Source of the DNA: a virus
Lineage: Duplodnaviria; Heunggongvirae; Uroviricota; Caudoviricetes
Strand: one strand, 5' to 3'
Length of the DNA stretch: 64,000 nt
Virus record (IMG/VR): IMGVR_UViG_3300010965_000004
Coordinates: 44,708 to 108,707 of that record
Numbering within the stretch: position 1 is the first letter of the stretch; each line of letters begins with the position of its first letter. Below are positions 19,632 to 28,744 of the stretch, in pieces. A program made the position numbers and the translations under genes. The notes under the pieces were generated by a model, which worked only from the letters and a program-made list of their open reading frames with translations, ran no database searches and had not been told where the DNA came from.

Positions 19632-20611
19632 AAAGGTCTGCCCCTTTAAAGAGTAATCTTTATAGCAAATTTTTCTAAACGGTGAAACTCCAAATTGGAC
19701 AACCCCGTACTAACTTTAATATAACAAACTATCTATTTAATATGTTAAACTATAGTATAACTATAGGGTTTCATATGAATGGGTTTATTTATATAATTTT
19801 TAATACTGAAAATAAGAAGTATTACCTAGGATCAACTACTAATATTGAGACTAGATTTAAAATGCATCTTTGGAAATTAAAAAAAGGCGTACATCATTCT
19901 TTGCATTTACAAAATGCCTGGAATAAGTATGGTGAATCTTCTTTTGTATTTAAAGTATTATATGAATCAATGGATGTAAGATTAGATGAACAAAATGAAC
20001 TAAATCAGCTAGACTATAGCAAATCTTATAACATATCACGATCTGCTACAGGAGGGAATGATGCAGTTAAATTTCATCCTAATTATGAAGAAATAAAACA
20101 AAAAATATCAATTTCTAAGAAAGGGAAGATACCAACTAATAGAGTTGAGATTTCTGTTGATGGTATTATATATCCTTCCTATGCACATGCTAAAAACTCT
20201 TTAAATATACCTATAGTCACTATAAGATATAGATGCTTGTCTAAAAATTCTAAATTTGAAACTTGGTTTATTATGGGACGTAAAAAGGAAAAAGAGTCTT
20301 TGGTTAGACAGGGTTCAAAACATGGAACCCAAATTATATGTGATGAGAAAGAATTTGATTCGTATGCTGAGGCTGCTAGATTTTATAAATTAAGTATAAC
20401 AGCTATACAACATAGGGTTTCTTCAAAAAATTATCCAAATTTTATATTAAAAAATGTGTAACGACTATCGAACGCTTATAGCTAGTAGAGTACACCGAAG
20501 TCGGTGGAAACGGAAAACATCCTTCTAGGATGATGATATAGTCTGATCTATATAGTAATATATAGCTGCTTAATTGCGGGGTAAAATTAACGAATTTACC
20601 TGAACAAAGTG
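19632..20611 (+). mobile_element. group I intron in thyA
   Basis: ThyA continuity (..CDFFLG | VPFNIASY..) restored by removing ~980 nt; 3' core GATGATATAGTC resembles group I S/P7 element; intron ends in G. Confidence 0.65.
19775..20461 (+). CDS. GIY-YIG homing endonuclease (intron-encoded)
   Basis: MNGFIYIIFNTENKKYYLGSTTNIETRFKMH = GIY-YIG motif; inside thyA intron. Confidence 0.7.
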   Translation: MNGFIYIIFNTENKKYYLGSTTNIETRFKMHLWKLKKGVHHSLHLQNAWNKYGESSFVFKVLYESMDVRLDEQNELNQLDYSKSYNISRSATGGNDAVKFHPNYEEIKQKISISKKGKIPTNRVEISVDGIIYPSYAHAKNSLNIPIVTIRYRCLSKNSKFETWFIMGRKKEKESLVRQGSKHGTQIICDEKEFDSYAEAARFYKLSITAIQHRVSSKNYPNFILKNV

Positions 20612-20890
20612 GTACCTTTTAACATCGCCAGCTATGCTCTCTTATTGGAACTTATCTGCAGGGTTACTGGTTATACTCCCGGTGTCTTTACTTGGTTTGG
20701 GGCAGATGTACATCTGTACGAGAATCAACTAGACCAGACGAGAGAGCAGTTAAGCAGGGAACCTTTGCCACTTTCTAAATTAGATATTAGTAGGACGAGT
20801 TTTGCAACTCTAACAGAAATAGAACCAAGTGATGTGTACTTGTTTAATTATCAGCATCACCCAACTATTTCAGCACCTATGGCGGTTTAG
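20612..20890 (+). CDS. thyA: thymidylate synthase, exon 2
   Basis: VPFNIASYALLLELICR...GADVHLYENQLDQTREQLSREPLPLSKL matches ThyA C-terminus. Confidence 0.8.
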   Translation, partial: VPFNIASYALLLELICRVTGYTPGVFTWFGADVHLYENQLDQTREQLSREPLPLSKLDISRTSFATLTEIEPSDVYLFNYQHHPTISAPMAV

Positions 20891-20907
20891 TATAAATCTC
20901 AGATTTC

Positions 20908-20997
20908 TGGTATAAGGTAATTGTAGTAGTACTCCCTTTCGACAGCAGTTGGGTCGTTTCAACCTAGCATTCAATCCCTAATGATTGCTAGGTCTTT
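20908..20997 (+). promoter_or_regulatory. conserved phage promoter followed by hairpin + T-run (leader structure)
   Basis: TGGTATAAGGTAATTGTAGTAG; then CCTAGCA..TGCTAGG hairpin + TCTTTTTTT before ATG 21017. Confidence 0.45.
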
Positions 20998-21016
20998 TTT
21001 TGGGTAAAGGAATATT

Positions 21017-21229
21017 ATGAACATTGAAACTGTTAGTATTTTAGGTATTAAGACTCAAGACCCGAATATTCGTGGTAGATTGTATCTTTCAGAAGAGGGA
21101 GACTTAACTAAAGATATTAGAAAGGCAAAGCTGATACCGCACGATAACAAAAAGCTGGAGAAAGCTTTGATGGAAGTAAAAGCGTTTTCTCCGAACTACT
21201 TCAAAGAAGAAATTATTCCTTATTATTGA
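21017..21229 (+). CDS. hypothetical protein
   Basis: 70-aa ORF. Confidence 0.35.
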   Translation: MNIETVSILGIKTQDPNIRGRLYLSEEGDLTKDIRKAKLIPHDNKKLEKALMEVKAFSPNYFKEEIIPYY

Positions 21230-21236
21230 GACTACT

Positions 21237-21950
21237 ATGATTAAAAGCATCTCTGATCTTTCTTTAGATGAGATTACCTGGTTCACTGCAAAGATTGATG
21301 GGTTTACTTGGGCTAGAAACGGCTCAAAGAGAAGTGGTGATTCCTATAAACAAAAAGGGGAAAAGTCGGATTGGGAACTGGGTACTCGAGCTTTTATATG
21401 TAGATCCAAAGCTAAAGACTTGGATAAGAACATAAAGAACTGGGATGGCTGGTTCAGATCTGATCTTACAGAACCACTAGCAAAGGCTGCCTATTATGAC
21501 GTTCCTAAATATGTTACTTCTTGGGTAGATAGTGGTCCTCTTCTCGAGCAAGCTATGTTACGTGGTATGTTGATAGAGTCTATTGACTGGGACAGATACG
21601 ATAATTTACCTCGTTTCAAGGCATCATACAGTAAATGGGAAAATTGTTATCGTGGTAATACCTTTCTTGAAGCAGGGCTTCGTTGTTATATTGCATCCGT
21701 CTATGGGGAGGAACTCAGTGTTGACCAGTTTTATGATGCTCCACAAGTTCCGGTGTTTATAAAGATCGTCAAGACTTGCACGGGGAATAAGTTTCCATAC
21801 GGAAACCTCGGAAAAGAGAATGATGAGTTTGTAACTCAATTCCTTGGCTCAATTTTTCCGGCAGTTAGATCAAATATGAATTACTACAAGTTACCTAATG
21901 GTATGCTTGTTCATGTCTATAACTCTTTCGAGGTCAAAGTACCAAAATGA
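21237..21950 (+). CDS. hypothetical protein
   Basis: 237-aa ORF, ATGA-coupled to rnlA. Confidence 0.4.
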   Translation: MIKSISDLSLDEITWFTAKIDGFTWARNGSKRSGDSYKQKGEKSDWELGTRAFICRSKAKDLDKNIKNWDGWFRSDLTEPLAKAAYYDVPKYVTSWVDSGPLLEQAMLRGMLIESIDWDRYDNLPRFKASYSKWENCYRGNTFLEAGLRCYIASVYGEELSVDQFYDAPQVPVFIKIVKTCTGNKFPYGNLGKENDEFVTQFLGSIFPAVRSNMNYYKLPNGMLVHVYNSFEVKVPK

Positions 21951-23101
21951 AAATCAATAGCACACTTAAGCTTTATGAAAACCTGATGGATCTCTGTAAG
22001 ACAAGTGAGACTTTTTACTTTTCTGACCAAGGCCCGTACCGAGTTTTCAATTATCGTCTTGCTTCGTACTCAGACTGGCTTTTGTCTGATGCTTTGGAAG
22101 CTAGAGGGATAATGTATTATCTAGAAGACGGTAAAGAGCCTAAGCTTATTTGTCGCCCTTTCAAGAAGTTTTTCAACAGGGATGAAAATCCTTTGACGAT
22201 GAACTTGGATCTCTCCAGAGTGGTTAAGGCAGCTATCAAAGAGGATGGGTCTTTAATCACTTCTTTTATTGAACCTTATACTGGTAAGCTTAGAGTTAAG
22301 TCAAAGCAAAGCTTAACATCCGAGCAGGCGGTAATGGCTCAGGCTTTCCTGGATAGTCCAGAAAATCTTCGTTTAAAACTTGAGGTAGAAGACCTTACTG
22401 GGCCTGGCTATAAAACTGTAATGATGGAACTGGTTTCCCCGGCCAATCGTATTGTTTTAGAATACCCTAAAACCGAACTTAGGGTAATTGGGATACGAGA
22501 TACGGAAACAGGGGAGTTACTAGAACGAGACCAATTAGATCCGGTAGGTTTTAAAGAAGTTAGAAATCGTTGGGTATTCGAACAACATGGTTTCTTACAA
22601 AATCCTCCCGGAGGAAGTGCAGCTTTTGTTGAATCCGTAGCTGCTCAAGCAGGTATTGAAGGTTATGTCTTTACCCTTGAAGATGGAACAATGTTTAAGG
22701 AAAAGACCAACTGGTACAAGTCCTTGCATCACCTTAAAGACTCAGTAAGCTGCGAACGTTACTTATTCGACGCTATTATTGATGAAACAGTAGATGATGT
22801 TAAAACCATGTTCCGAACCGACGAGTTTACCATGAAGCGTATTACTGATATGGAAAACTTGGTTATTCCTAAGTTCAATTCTTTGATTAAGACTGTGGAG
22901 GATTTTTATGCTGCTCATGTTTTACTCGAAAGAAAAGAATACGCGATACTTGGTCAAAAAGAATTGGGTAACCTTTTCAATTTGGCAATGGGAAAATACA
23001 CGGGTAAAGGACTTAATTATAAGGACTTTGCTAAAAAGTACCGGAAAGAAGTTTTTGGTATCGGAGAGAAAGTTTATAACGAAGAAAATGGAGAAGATTG
23101 A
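21947..23101 (+). CDS. rnlA: RNA ligase 1 (T4 RnlA-like)
   Basis: 384 aa; LMDLCK, ASYSDWLLSDALEARGIMY, KFFNRDENPLTMNLDL, adenylylation motif KEDGSL, NRIVLEY - collinear with T4 Rnl1. Confidence 0.85.
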   Translation: MKINSTLKLYENLMDLCKTSETFYFSDQGPYRVFNYRLASYSDWLLSDALEARGIMYYLEDGKEPKLICRPFKKFFNRDENPLTMNLDLSRVVKAAIKEDGSLITSFIEPYTGKLRVKSKQSLTSEQAVMAQAFLDSPENLRLKLEVEDLTGPGYKTVMMELVSPANRIVLEYPKTELRVIGIRDTETGELLERDQLDPVGFKEVRNRWVFEQHGFLQNPPGGSAAFVESVAAQAGIEGYVFTLEDGTMFKEKTNWYKSLHHLKDSVSCERYLFDAIIDETVDDVKTMFRTDEFTMKRITDMENLVIPKFNSLIKTVEDFYAAHVLLERKEYAILGQKELGNLFNLAMGKYTGKGLNYKDFAKKYRKEVFGIGEKVYNEENGED

Positions 23102-23104
23102 TTA

Positions 23105-23527
23105 ATGAAAAAGCTGATATTGTTACGTGGTCTTCCAGGAAGTGGGAAGACTACGTTTGCGGAGTTCCTGTGTGACTTCCTTTTACCCGACTTACCTGTT
23201 TACTGCTTTGCTGCTGATGATTACTTCACAGATGAGGAAGGTAATTATAACTTTAAGGTTGACAAACTCGGAGCAGCTCATGCTCAATGCTTGAATAATA
23301 CCGTAAATATTATGCAGGATTGGAAATCTGGGGATGAGGCGGTAATCCTGGTTCACAACACCTTCACAACAGAGAAGGAATTGGAGCCCTACATTACTGC
23401 TGCTAATGGTTTCAAATTTGAAATCATTTCCATTGTCTTTGAAAATCGTCATGGTACAAAATCCGTACATAAGGTTCCCGATGAAGTCATGGGGAAAATG
23501 AAAAACCGATTTAAGGTGAGTTTATGA
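23105..23527 (+). CDS. pnk: polynucleotide kinase, 5'-kinase domain (separate ORF)
   Basis: MKKLILLRGLPGSGKTTFAEF P-loop, matches T4 Pnk N-terminus. Confidence 0.75.
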   Translation: MKKLILLRGLPGSGKTTFAEFLCDFLLPDLPVYCFAADDYFTDEEGNYNFKVDKLGAAHAQCLNNTVNIMQDWKSGDEAVILVHNTFTTEKELEPYITAANGFKFEIISIVFENRHGTKSVHKVPDEVMGKMKNRFKVSL

Positions 23528-23994
23528 AAAAGAGCGTAATATTTGATGTGGATGGGACTCTAGCAGATGCCAATCATCGCTTGCATTTCATTAAAGGTGA
23601 TAAAGATTCTGGTAAAAGGAATTGGGGAGCCTTTTTCAGGGAAGCGATAAAGGATAGTCCTTACGAGCATGTCAGATTAATGAATCACTTTTTTGATGAT
23701 GCTGGGTTCTTTATCTACTTGATTACTGGCCGCCCTTCTAATCTCAGAAAAGATACTGAAGATTGGTTAGCAAAACATAACATTCGCTATGATTCTTTAC
23801 TTATGAGACCGGCTACAGATCGTAGACCAGACTATGAATCTAAGAAGGATCTCTTTGTTCAAGAGGGTATCAATAAAGACGAAGTAGTTTGTGTATTTGA
23901 GGATCGTCTTCAAGTTGCCAAGATGTGGAAAGAACTTGGGCTCCAGGTTTGCGTCTGTGGTGAAGATTGGTTAATCGGGGATTGGAGTAAATAA
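23524..23994 (+). CDS. pnk: polynucleotide 3'-phosphatase domain (HAD; separate ORF)
   Basis: VIFDVDGTLA, LITGRPS, FEDRLQVAKMWKELGL match T4 Pnk C-terminal phosphatase; ATGA overlap with kinase ORF. Confidence 0.75.
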   Translation: MKKSVIFDVDGTLADANHRLHFIKGDKDSGKRNWGAFFREAIKDSPYEHVRLMNHFFDDAGFFIYLITGRPSNLRKDTEDWLAKHNIRYDSLLMRPATDRRPDYESKKDLFVQEGINKDEVVCVFEDRLQVAKMWKELGLQVCVCGEDWLIGDWSK

Positions 23995-24212
23995 TGGGAA
24001 TAGTAGTAATCAAAGATAAAGAATACTATCGTCCAACTGATTCAATAAATTCATTAAGAGAAGATATAGGGACTCCGCGTAATATGTTAGATGATACTTC
24101 CTGTGGAAATATGTATAGGTCTGATATATACGATTATATAAAGCAATTAGAAGAATTGGTATTCGCTAGTCCTGTACCAATAACTGAAAATCAAGTTAAA
24201 CGAGTTATATAA
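23994..24212 (+). CDS. hypothetical protein
   Basis: 72-aa ORF. Confidence 0.3.
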   Translation: MGIVVIKDKEYYRPTDSINSLREDIGTPRNMLDDTSCGNMYRSDIYDYIKQLEELVFASPVPITENQVKRVI

Positions 24213-24224
24213 TCTCCTAGTTTT

Positions 24225-24300
24225 CGGTATAAGAGTTGTGGTAAAATAAATGTCCTGCCTAGATAATTCTAGGTGGGACTTTCTTTTTTTAAGTAATAAA
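24225..24300 (+). promoter_or_regulatory. promoter variant (CGGTATAAG) followed by hairpin + T-run leader
   Basis: CGGTATAAGAGTTGTGGTA; CCTAGATAATTCTAGG hairpin + TTTCTTTTTTT before nrdJ ATG. Confidence 0.4.
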
Positions 24301-24314
24301 ATAAAGCAATAAAT

Positions 24315-26942
24315 TTGGCAATAATAAAACAAGAGGATAAAATGCAAGAACAAAAACCGAATCCCGGAACCAAGTTTCAAGACATCTTTTCGGAAGAAGT
24401 TTGGAGATCTACTTATAAAGATCACAAGGATACAGATGTAAATGACACATTCAGACGTGTTGCAAAGAATATAGCTTCTGCAGAGGCCACTCAAGAGCTA
24501 CGTGCAGAATGGGAAGAGAAGTTTTATGATCTCCTTACAGACTTCAAAGGGGTAGCTGGTGGACGTATAACGGCCAACGCGGGCACAGAATGGGCCGGTA
24601 CGACGTTTGCAAACTGTTATGTAGGCCCACTACCAAATCAGGATTTGGATTCAATAGAGGGCATCTACAAGGTCTTGCTGAACCAGGCTCAAACACTAAA
24701 GTCTGAAGGTGGCTGGGGAATGGACTTTTCCTGGATGAGACCCAGAGGTTCCTTTATTCACGGTATCGGAGTTGAGTCTCCTGGTTCTGTGCGTTTTATG
24801 GAAATCTTTGATAAGAGCTCCGAAATTATCACGGCGGGTGCTGGTAAGAAATCTTCTAATGTAAAGAGTAAAGAGAAGATTCGTAAAGGAGCTATGATGG
24901 CTACCTTAGGAGTTTGGCACCCAGACATTATTGAGTTTATCACTGCCAAGCAAACTAGCGGTAGACTAAGTAAATTCAATATGTCAGTGAACTGCACAGA
25001 CGAGTTTATGAGAAGAGTTAATAGGATCAATGCAATAGAAAGTGGTAAAGAACTTACTGTTGTTCCAACGCTTACTGAAATTTACAAACTCAATGATGTT
25101 GAGACTTGGGATAAATGGAACCTCTTTTTCCCCGATACCAAGCACTCTGCTTATAAATCCGAATGGAACGGGGATATAGTTCTTTGGAAATCAAAGGGTT
25201 ATCCTGTAAACGTTTACCAAACTGTGTCGGTCAAATGGTTGTGGAATCTGATTATGGAATCCACTTATAATCGCAATGAGCCAGGTGTCCTCTTTCTGGA
25301 TCGTGCTAACTACTTTAGTCCTTTAAACTATGCTGAAAGAATACTATCTACCAATCCTTGCGGCGAACAAACTCTTGCTCCTGGTGGTGTTTGCTGTCTT
25401 GGTACAATTAATCTTACTCAGTTTATCAATGATGACCTCACTGGGTTTAATTTATCTTCCTTGGCTAAGTATGTCGGTTATCTCGTTAGATTCCTTGATA
25501 ACGTCAATTCTATTAGTGATGCTCCTCTCCCAGAGTATATAGATTCAATGCGTAAAAAACGTCGTATTGGTTGCGGCGTTATGGGTTGGGGTTCTGCTTT
25601 ATTCATGCTCAAAGTACGGTTTGGATCAGAACGTGCTGCAGAGCTTCGTGAACAAGTAATGTCAACTTATGCAAGAGCAGCTTATATGGCTTCTATTGAT
25701 CTTGCAAAAGAGAAAGGAATGTTTGAATATTGTGTTCCAGAAAAACACGCTGAAGGAGTTTTCGTTAAGTCTCTTAATTTGCCTGAGGGATATACTAATA
25801 AACTTCGTACTACCGGTATCCGCAATAGTTCTTTGCTTAGTGAGCAGCCTAACGGTAATGGCAGTATTTTCGCCAATATCGTCACAGGAGGTATTGAACC
25901 GGCTTTCATGGCCGAATACGTTCGTACTGTTATTGTTAATGGTATACCTGACTGCCTTGTCGGGCATACACCTAATCTCAACGCTGGGGAGATGGTGGAA
26001 ACTGATGTCTTTAACTTTGTCAAAGAAGGAGACGAAGACATACTTAGTGGAATTGGATCCGATGGGGTACGGTATAAAATTGACAGAAACAGAGGACTCA
26101 CAAAAGAAGTCTTGTGTGAAGACTTCGGAGTTCGTTACCTCAAAAGGCGAGGGGAATGGGAGCCTACAGCAGATTACGCTGTCACAACAACTACCTTAAC
26201 CGTTGAAGACCACGTTAATGACTTAGAAGGCTTCGCTCGTTGGACAGACTCTGCTTGTTCCAAGACTTGTAACATTCCTTTTGATTATCCTTTTGAAGAT
26301 TTCAAAGACCTGTATCTTAAGGTCTATAACACTGGAGTAATCAAGGGGTTCACGACGTATCGTGCTGGTACAATGACCTCAGTTCTTTCTGCAGTTAAGG
26401 AAGAAGCTGACACTGAGGAAGAAATCATTCTTGAGAATATACAATTGCCTGACTCTTTACCCGCGACTCTTAAAACAATTAGAGCCGAGGCAAAGAAATG
26501 GTACTTAACGATTATCTTGAATGAGTCCCAAACCAAGCCAGTAGCTTTATTTGCACACACTAATCATCACGAAAAGAGCGTAACTGCAACAGATGCTCTA
26601 AGTGTATTGCTGGAATTGGCTACCACCAAAGGTATTCCTGAGAACCATATTGAAACTACTATTGTTAAATCTGGTAATGATACCAACACAACGAAAATTT
26701 GTCGTATGATTTCTTTGTGTTTGCGTCATGGTATTCTAATCAGAAATGTAGTTCATGCCTTGGAGAGAGTTGATTGTATTGCAGGCAGCTTTGTATTCCA
26801 TATTCGTAAGTTTTTGGCTACCTTTATCAAAGATGGTGAAAAAGTACAAGGCGTGGTTTGTAGTGCGTGTGGGTCAGATAAGATTGTCTACCAGGAGGGT
26901 TGCAAGATTTGTATTTCTTGTGGCTCAAGTAAATGTGGTTAA
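24315..26942 (+). CDS. nrdJ: ribonucleotide reductase, class II (adenosylcobalamin-dependent, NrdJ-like)
   Basis: 875 aa; NPCGEQTLAPGGVCCLGTINL active-site motif typical of class II RNR. Confidence 0.75.
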   Translation: MAIIKQEDKMQEQKPNPGTKFQDIFSEEVWRSTYKDHKDTDVNDTFRRVAKNIASAEATQELRAEWEEKFYDLLTDFKGVAGGRITANAGTEWAGTTFANCYVGPLPNQDLDSIEGIYKVLLNQAQTLKSEGGWGMDFSWMRPRGSFIHGIGVESPGSVRFMEIFDKSSEIITAGAGKKSSNVKSKEKIRKGAMMATLGVWHPDIIEFITAKQTSGRLSKFNMSVNCTDEFMRRVNRINAIESGKELTVVPTLTEIYKLNDVETWDKWNLFFPDTKHSAYKSEWNGDIVLWKSKGYPVNVYQTVSVKWLWNLIMESTYNRNEPGVLFLDRANYFSPLNYAERILSTNPCGEQTLAPGGVCCLGTINLTQFINDDLTGFNLSSLAKYVGYLVRFLDNVNSISDAPLPEYIDSMRKKRRIGCGVMGWGSALFMLKVRFGSERAAELREQVMSTYARAAYMASIDLAKEKGMFEYCVPEKHAEGVFVKSLNLPEGYTNKLRTTGIRNSSLLSEQPNGNGSIFANIVTGGIEPAFMAEYVRTVIVNGIPDCLVGHTPNLNAGEMVETDVFNFVKEGDEDILSGIGSDGVRYKIDRNRGLTKEVLCEDFGVRYLKRRGEWEPTADYAVTTTTLTVEDHVNDLEGFARWTDSACSKTCNIPFDYPFEDFKDLYLKVYNTGVIKGFTTYRAGTMTSVLSAVKEEADTEEEIILENIQLPDSLPATLKTIRAEAKKWYLTIILNESQTKPVALFAHTNHHEKSVTATDALSVLLELATTKGIPENHIETTIVKSGNDTNTTKICRMISLCLRHGILIRNVVHALERVDCIAGSFVFHIRKFLATFIKDGEKVQGVVCSACGSDKIVYQEGCKICISCGSSKCG

Positions 26943-26981
26943 ACCCAGCCCCTTCGGGGACTTTTCTATTGGGAGTCGAGA

Positions 26982-28196
26982 ATGGTAACAAATACAGGGC
27001 TACCTAATAGGGCCTTTGATAATGCGCAGATAACAAGAGATACAGGTGGGGGAGGAGCAGGAGGAGTTGGGGTAACAGAAACTTTTAATGGAACTGAATA
27101 TCGTCCTGGAGATTTTATAAGAGTTACTGTTCCTGCTGAGCCCATTAGAAATATTGTCTGGGAAACCGACCCTAATTGGGCGTTGAATCCTAACCTCAGA
27201 CCTGGGCTTAGACCTGAACCTATACGCAGGCCAGAGCCCTTTGTTGGGGGTATAGACCTCAATGATGTTCTAGTAGAGCCAGCTAGATATACCCCTATTC
27301 GTAATCCAGCAGAACTTGGGTATAACTTCTTTACGGGGGTTAGACAACGTACCCCAAATCAGCGTAAGTCACTTAGTAGTAAGTCTAGACAGAGAAACAA
27401 GGCATATTCTTCCGGGCTGCTCCTTGCTTTTAAGACGGGTAAGACGATAAAGGGTAGATGTTTTAGCTATACTCTCCTCGGCGGTATTGGTACATGGAGA
27501 GTATATGACCATGTTGTTGTCCAGTCGAAATGGAAAGTCAATACTGTTATAGAAATAACTCTATCTGTCCCAGCTGGAGTAGACTCAAATACTTTGAATA
27601 GGGTTAGACTCCTATTCAGAAGACTAGGATTTGGTGCCAAACGTTACCGGGCTTTTACTGTAGTAGAATCAAAGGGTTGGTTTGAGGTTATGGAACAAGG
27701 TGGAACTTGCCGAGTTCCTTCAGAATCATTTCCAGAAGTTCTACCAATTTTTAGATTTAAGGATTGGGAACAGCTTGATCTTATTCCTGAAACTATGTTC
27801 GTAGAATGTGAAAGATTGTACGAAGAGGAAAAAGAAGCAAAGAGAATTGCCGAACAAAAAGCCAAGTTGGATGAAATCAAAAGACAGTTGGTATTAGAAC
27901 AAAGCAAAGCTTTTAGAGCTAAGCCTCAACCTCCTTACACAAAAATTAAGTCTGGAGGATTTTATAGTAATGCTAGTCAGGCTAATCAAAACCAACAGAG
28001 TTTAGAGGAAAGGGCAAGAGGAATTTTCAATAGTCAGTTGGCAGGAGAAATTTACCCAACCGGCTTTAATAATGGAACTTTTACTTTAGGATTATCAAAT
28101 GGAACTTCAGCAACAACAACTATCTCCTCGGGAACAACTTTCTTTAACCCCCACTACTACACCTATAACACCACAACTGGTACTACAGGGACTTGA
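26982..28196 (+). CDS. hypothetical protein (Gly/Thr-rich termini)
   Basis: 404-aa ORF; no motif. Confidence 0.4.
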   Translation: MVTNTGLPNRAFDNAQITRDTGGGGAGGVGVTETFNGTEYRPGDFIRVTVPAEPIRNIVWETDPNWALNPNLRPGLRPEPIRRPEPFVGGIDLNDVLVEPARYTPIRNPAELGYNFFTGVRQRTPNQRKSLSSKSRQRNKAYSSGLLLAFKTGKTIKGRCFSYTLLGGIGTWRVYDHVVVQSKWKVNTVIEITLSVPAGVDSNTLNRVRLLFRRLGFGAKRYRAFTVVESKGWFEVMEQGGTCRVPSESFPEVLPIFRFKDWEQLDLIPETMFVECERLYEEEKEAKRIAEQKAKLDEIKRQLVLEQSKAFRAKPQPPYTKIKSGGFYSNASQANQNQQSLEERARGIFNSQLAGEIYPTGFNNGTFTLGLSNGTSATTTISSGTTFFNPHYYTYNTTTGTTGT

Positions 28197-28743
28197 AGAA
28201 TATCAAAAACTGGCTCTTGTAACTAAAGTAAAGTCAGGCAATAGTCTAGAAGACTTTAAACACGTGGCTTGTGGTTTAGTTACTGAAATAGGAGAAATCG
28301 TTGACAACTACAAACGTCATTGGTTCTACAAAAAGGAGTTAAACCTAATAAATCTTAAGGAAGAAGTAGGGGATTTACTCTGGTATCTGGCAGTTGGGTA
28401 CTATGCCTTAGATCTTCCCATTCCAGATCAACCCTGGGAAGATATAGCTGAATTAGAAGTTCCCAGTAAAGACTTGATTATTGCCAAGTTAACTAGGTAC
28501 GCCATGAATCCTCTAGCGGTAGCTCTTTCTGTTCCAGAGGAAGTATTGGAAAGCAACTTGGACTATGACTTGCGACAGTTACTTTACTTTCTGCATTATT
28601 TTTCTATCCTTCATGGTTTTACTCTAATGGAAGCTGCAACTGATAACATCATAAAGCTCAAAAAGAGATTTCCTGAAGGATACACCCAGTTTCATGTTTT
28701 GAATAGAAACGTGGCTAATGAACTTTCACATATAAAGGTATAA
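28099..28743 (+). CDS. mazG: MazG-like nucleotide pyrophosphohydrolase
   Basis: EEVGDLLWYLAVGYYAL MazG signature; ATG 28099 overlaps upstream ORF by 98 nt, true start uncertain. Confidence 0.55.
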   Translation: MELQQQQLSPREQLSLTPTTTPITPQLVLQGLEEYQKLALVTKVKSGNSLEDFKHVACGLVTEIGEIVDNYKRHWFYKKELNLINLKEEVGDLLWYLAVGYYALDLPIPDQPWEDIAELEVPSKDLIIAKLTRYAMNPLAVALSVPEEVLESNLDYDLRQLLYFLHYFSILHGFTLMEAATDNIIKLKKRFPEGYTQFHVLNRNVANELSHIKV

Positions 28744-28744
28744 A

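Noticed and set aside
28099-28196. MazG N-terminal extension overlapping the 404-aa ORF as evidence for programmed frameshifting
   Set aside because: No slippery heptamer noticed; a non-canonical internal start is equally likely; kept only as a note
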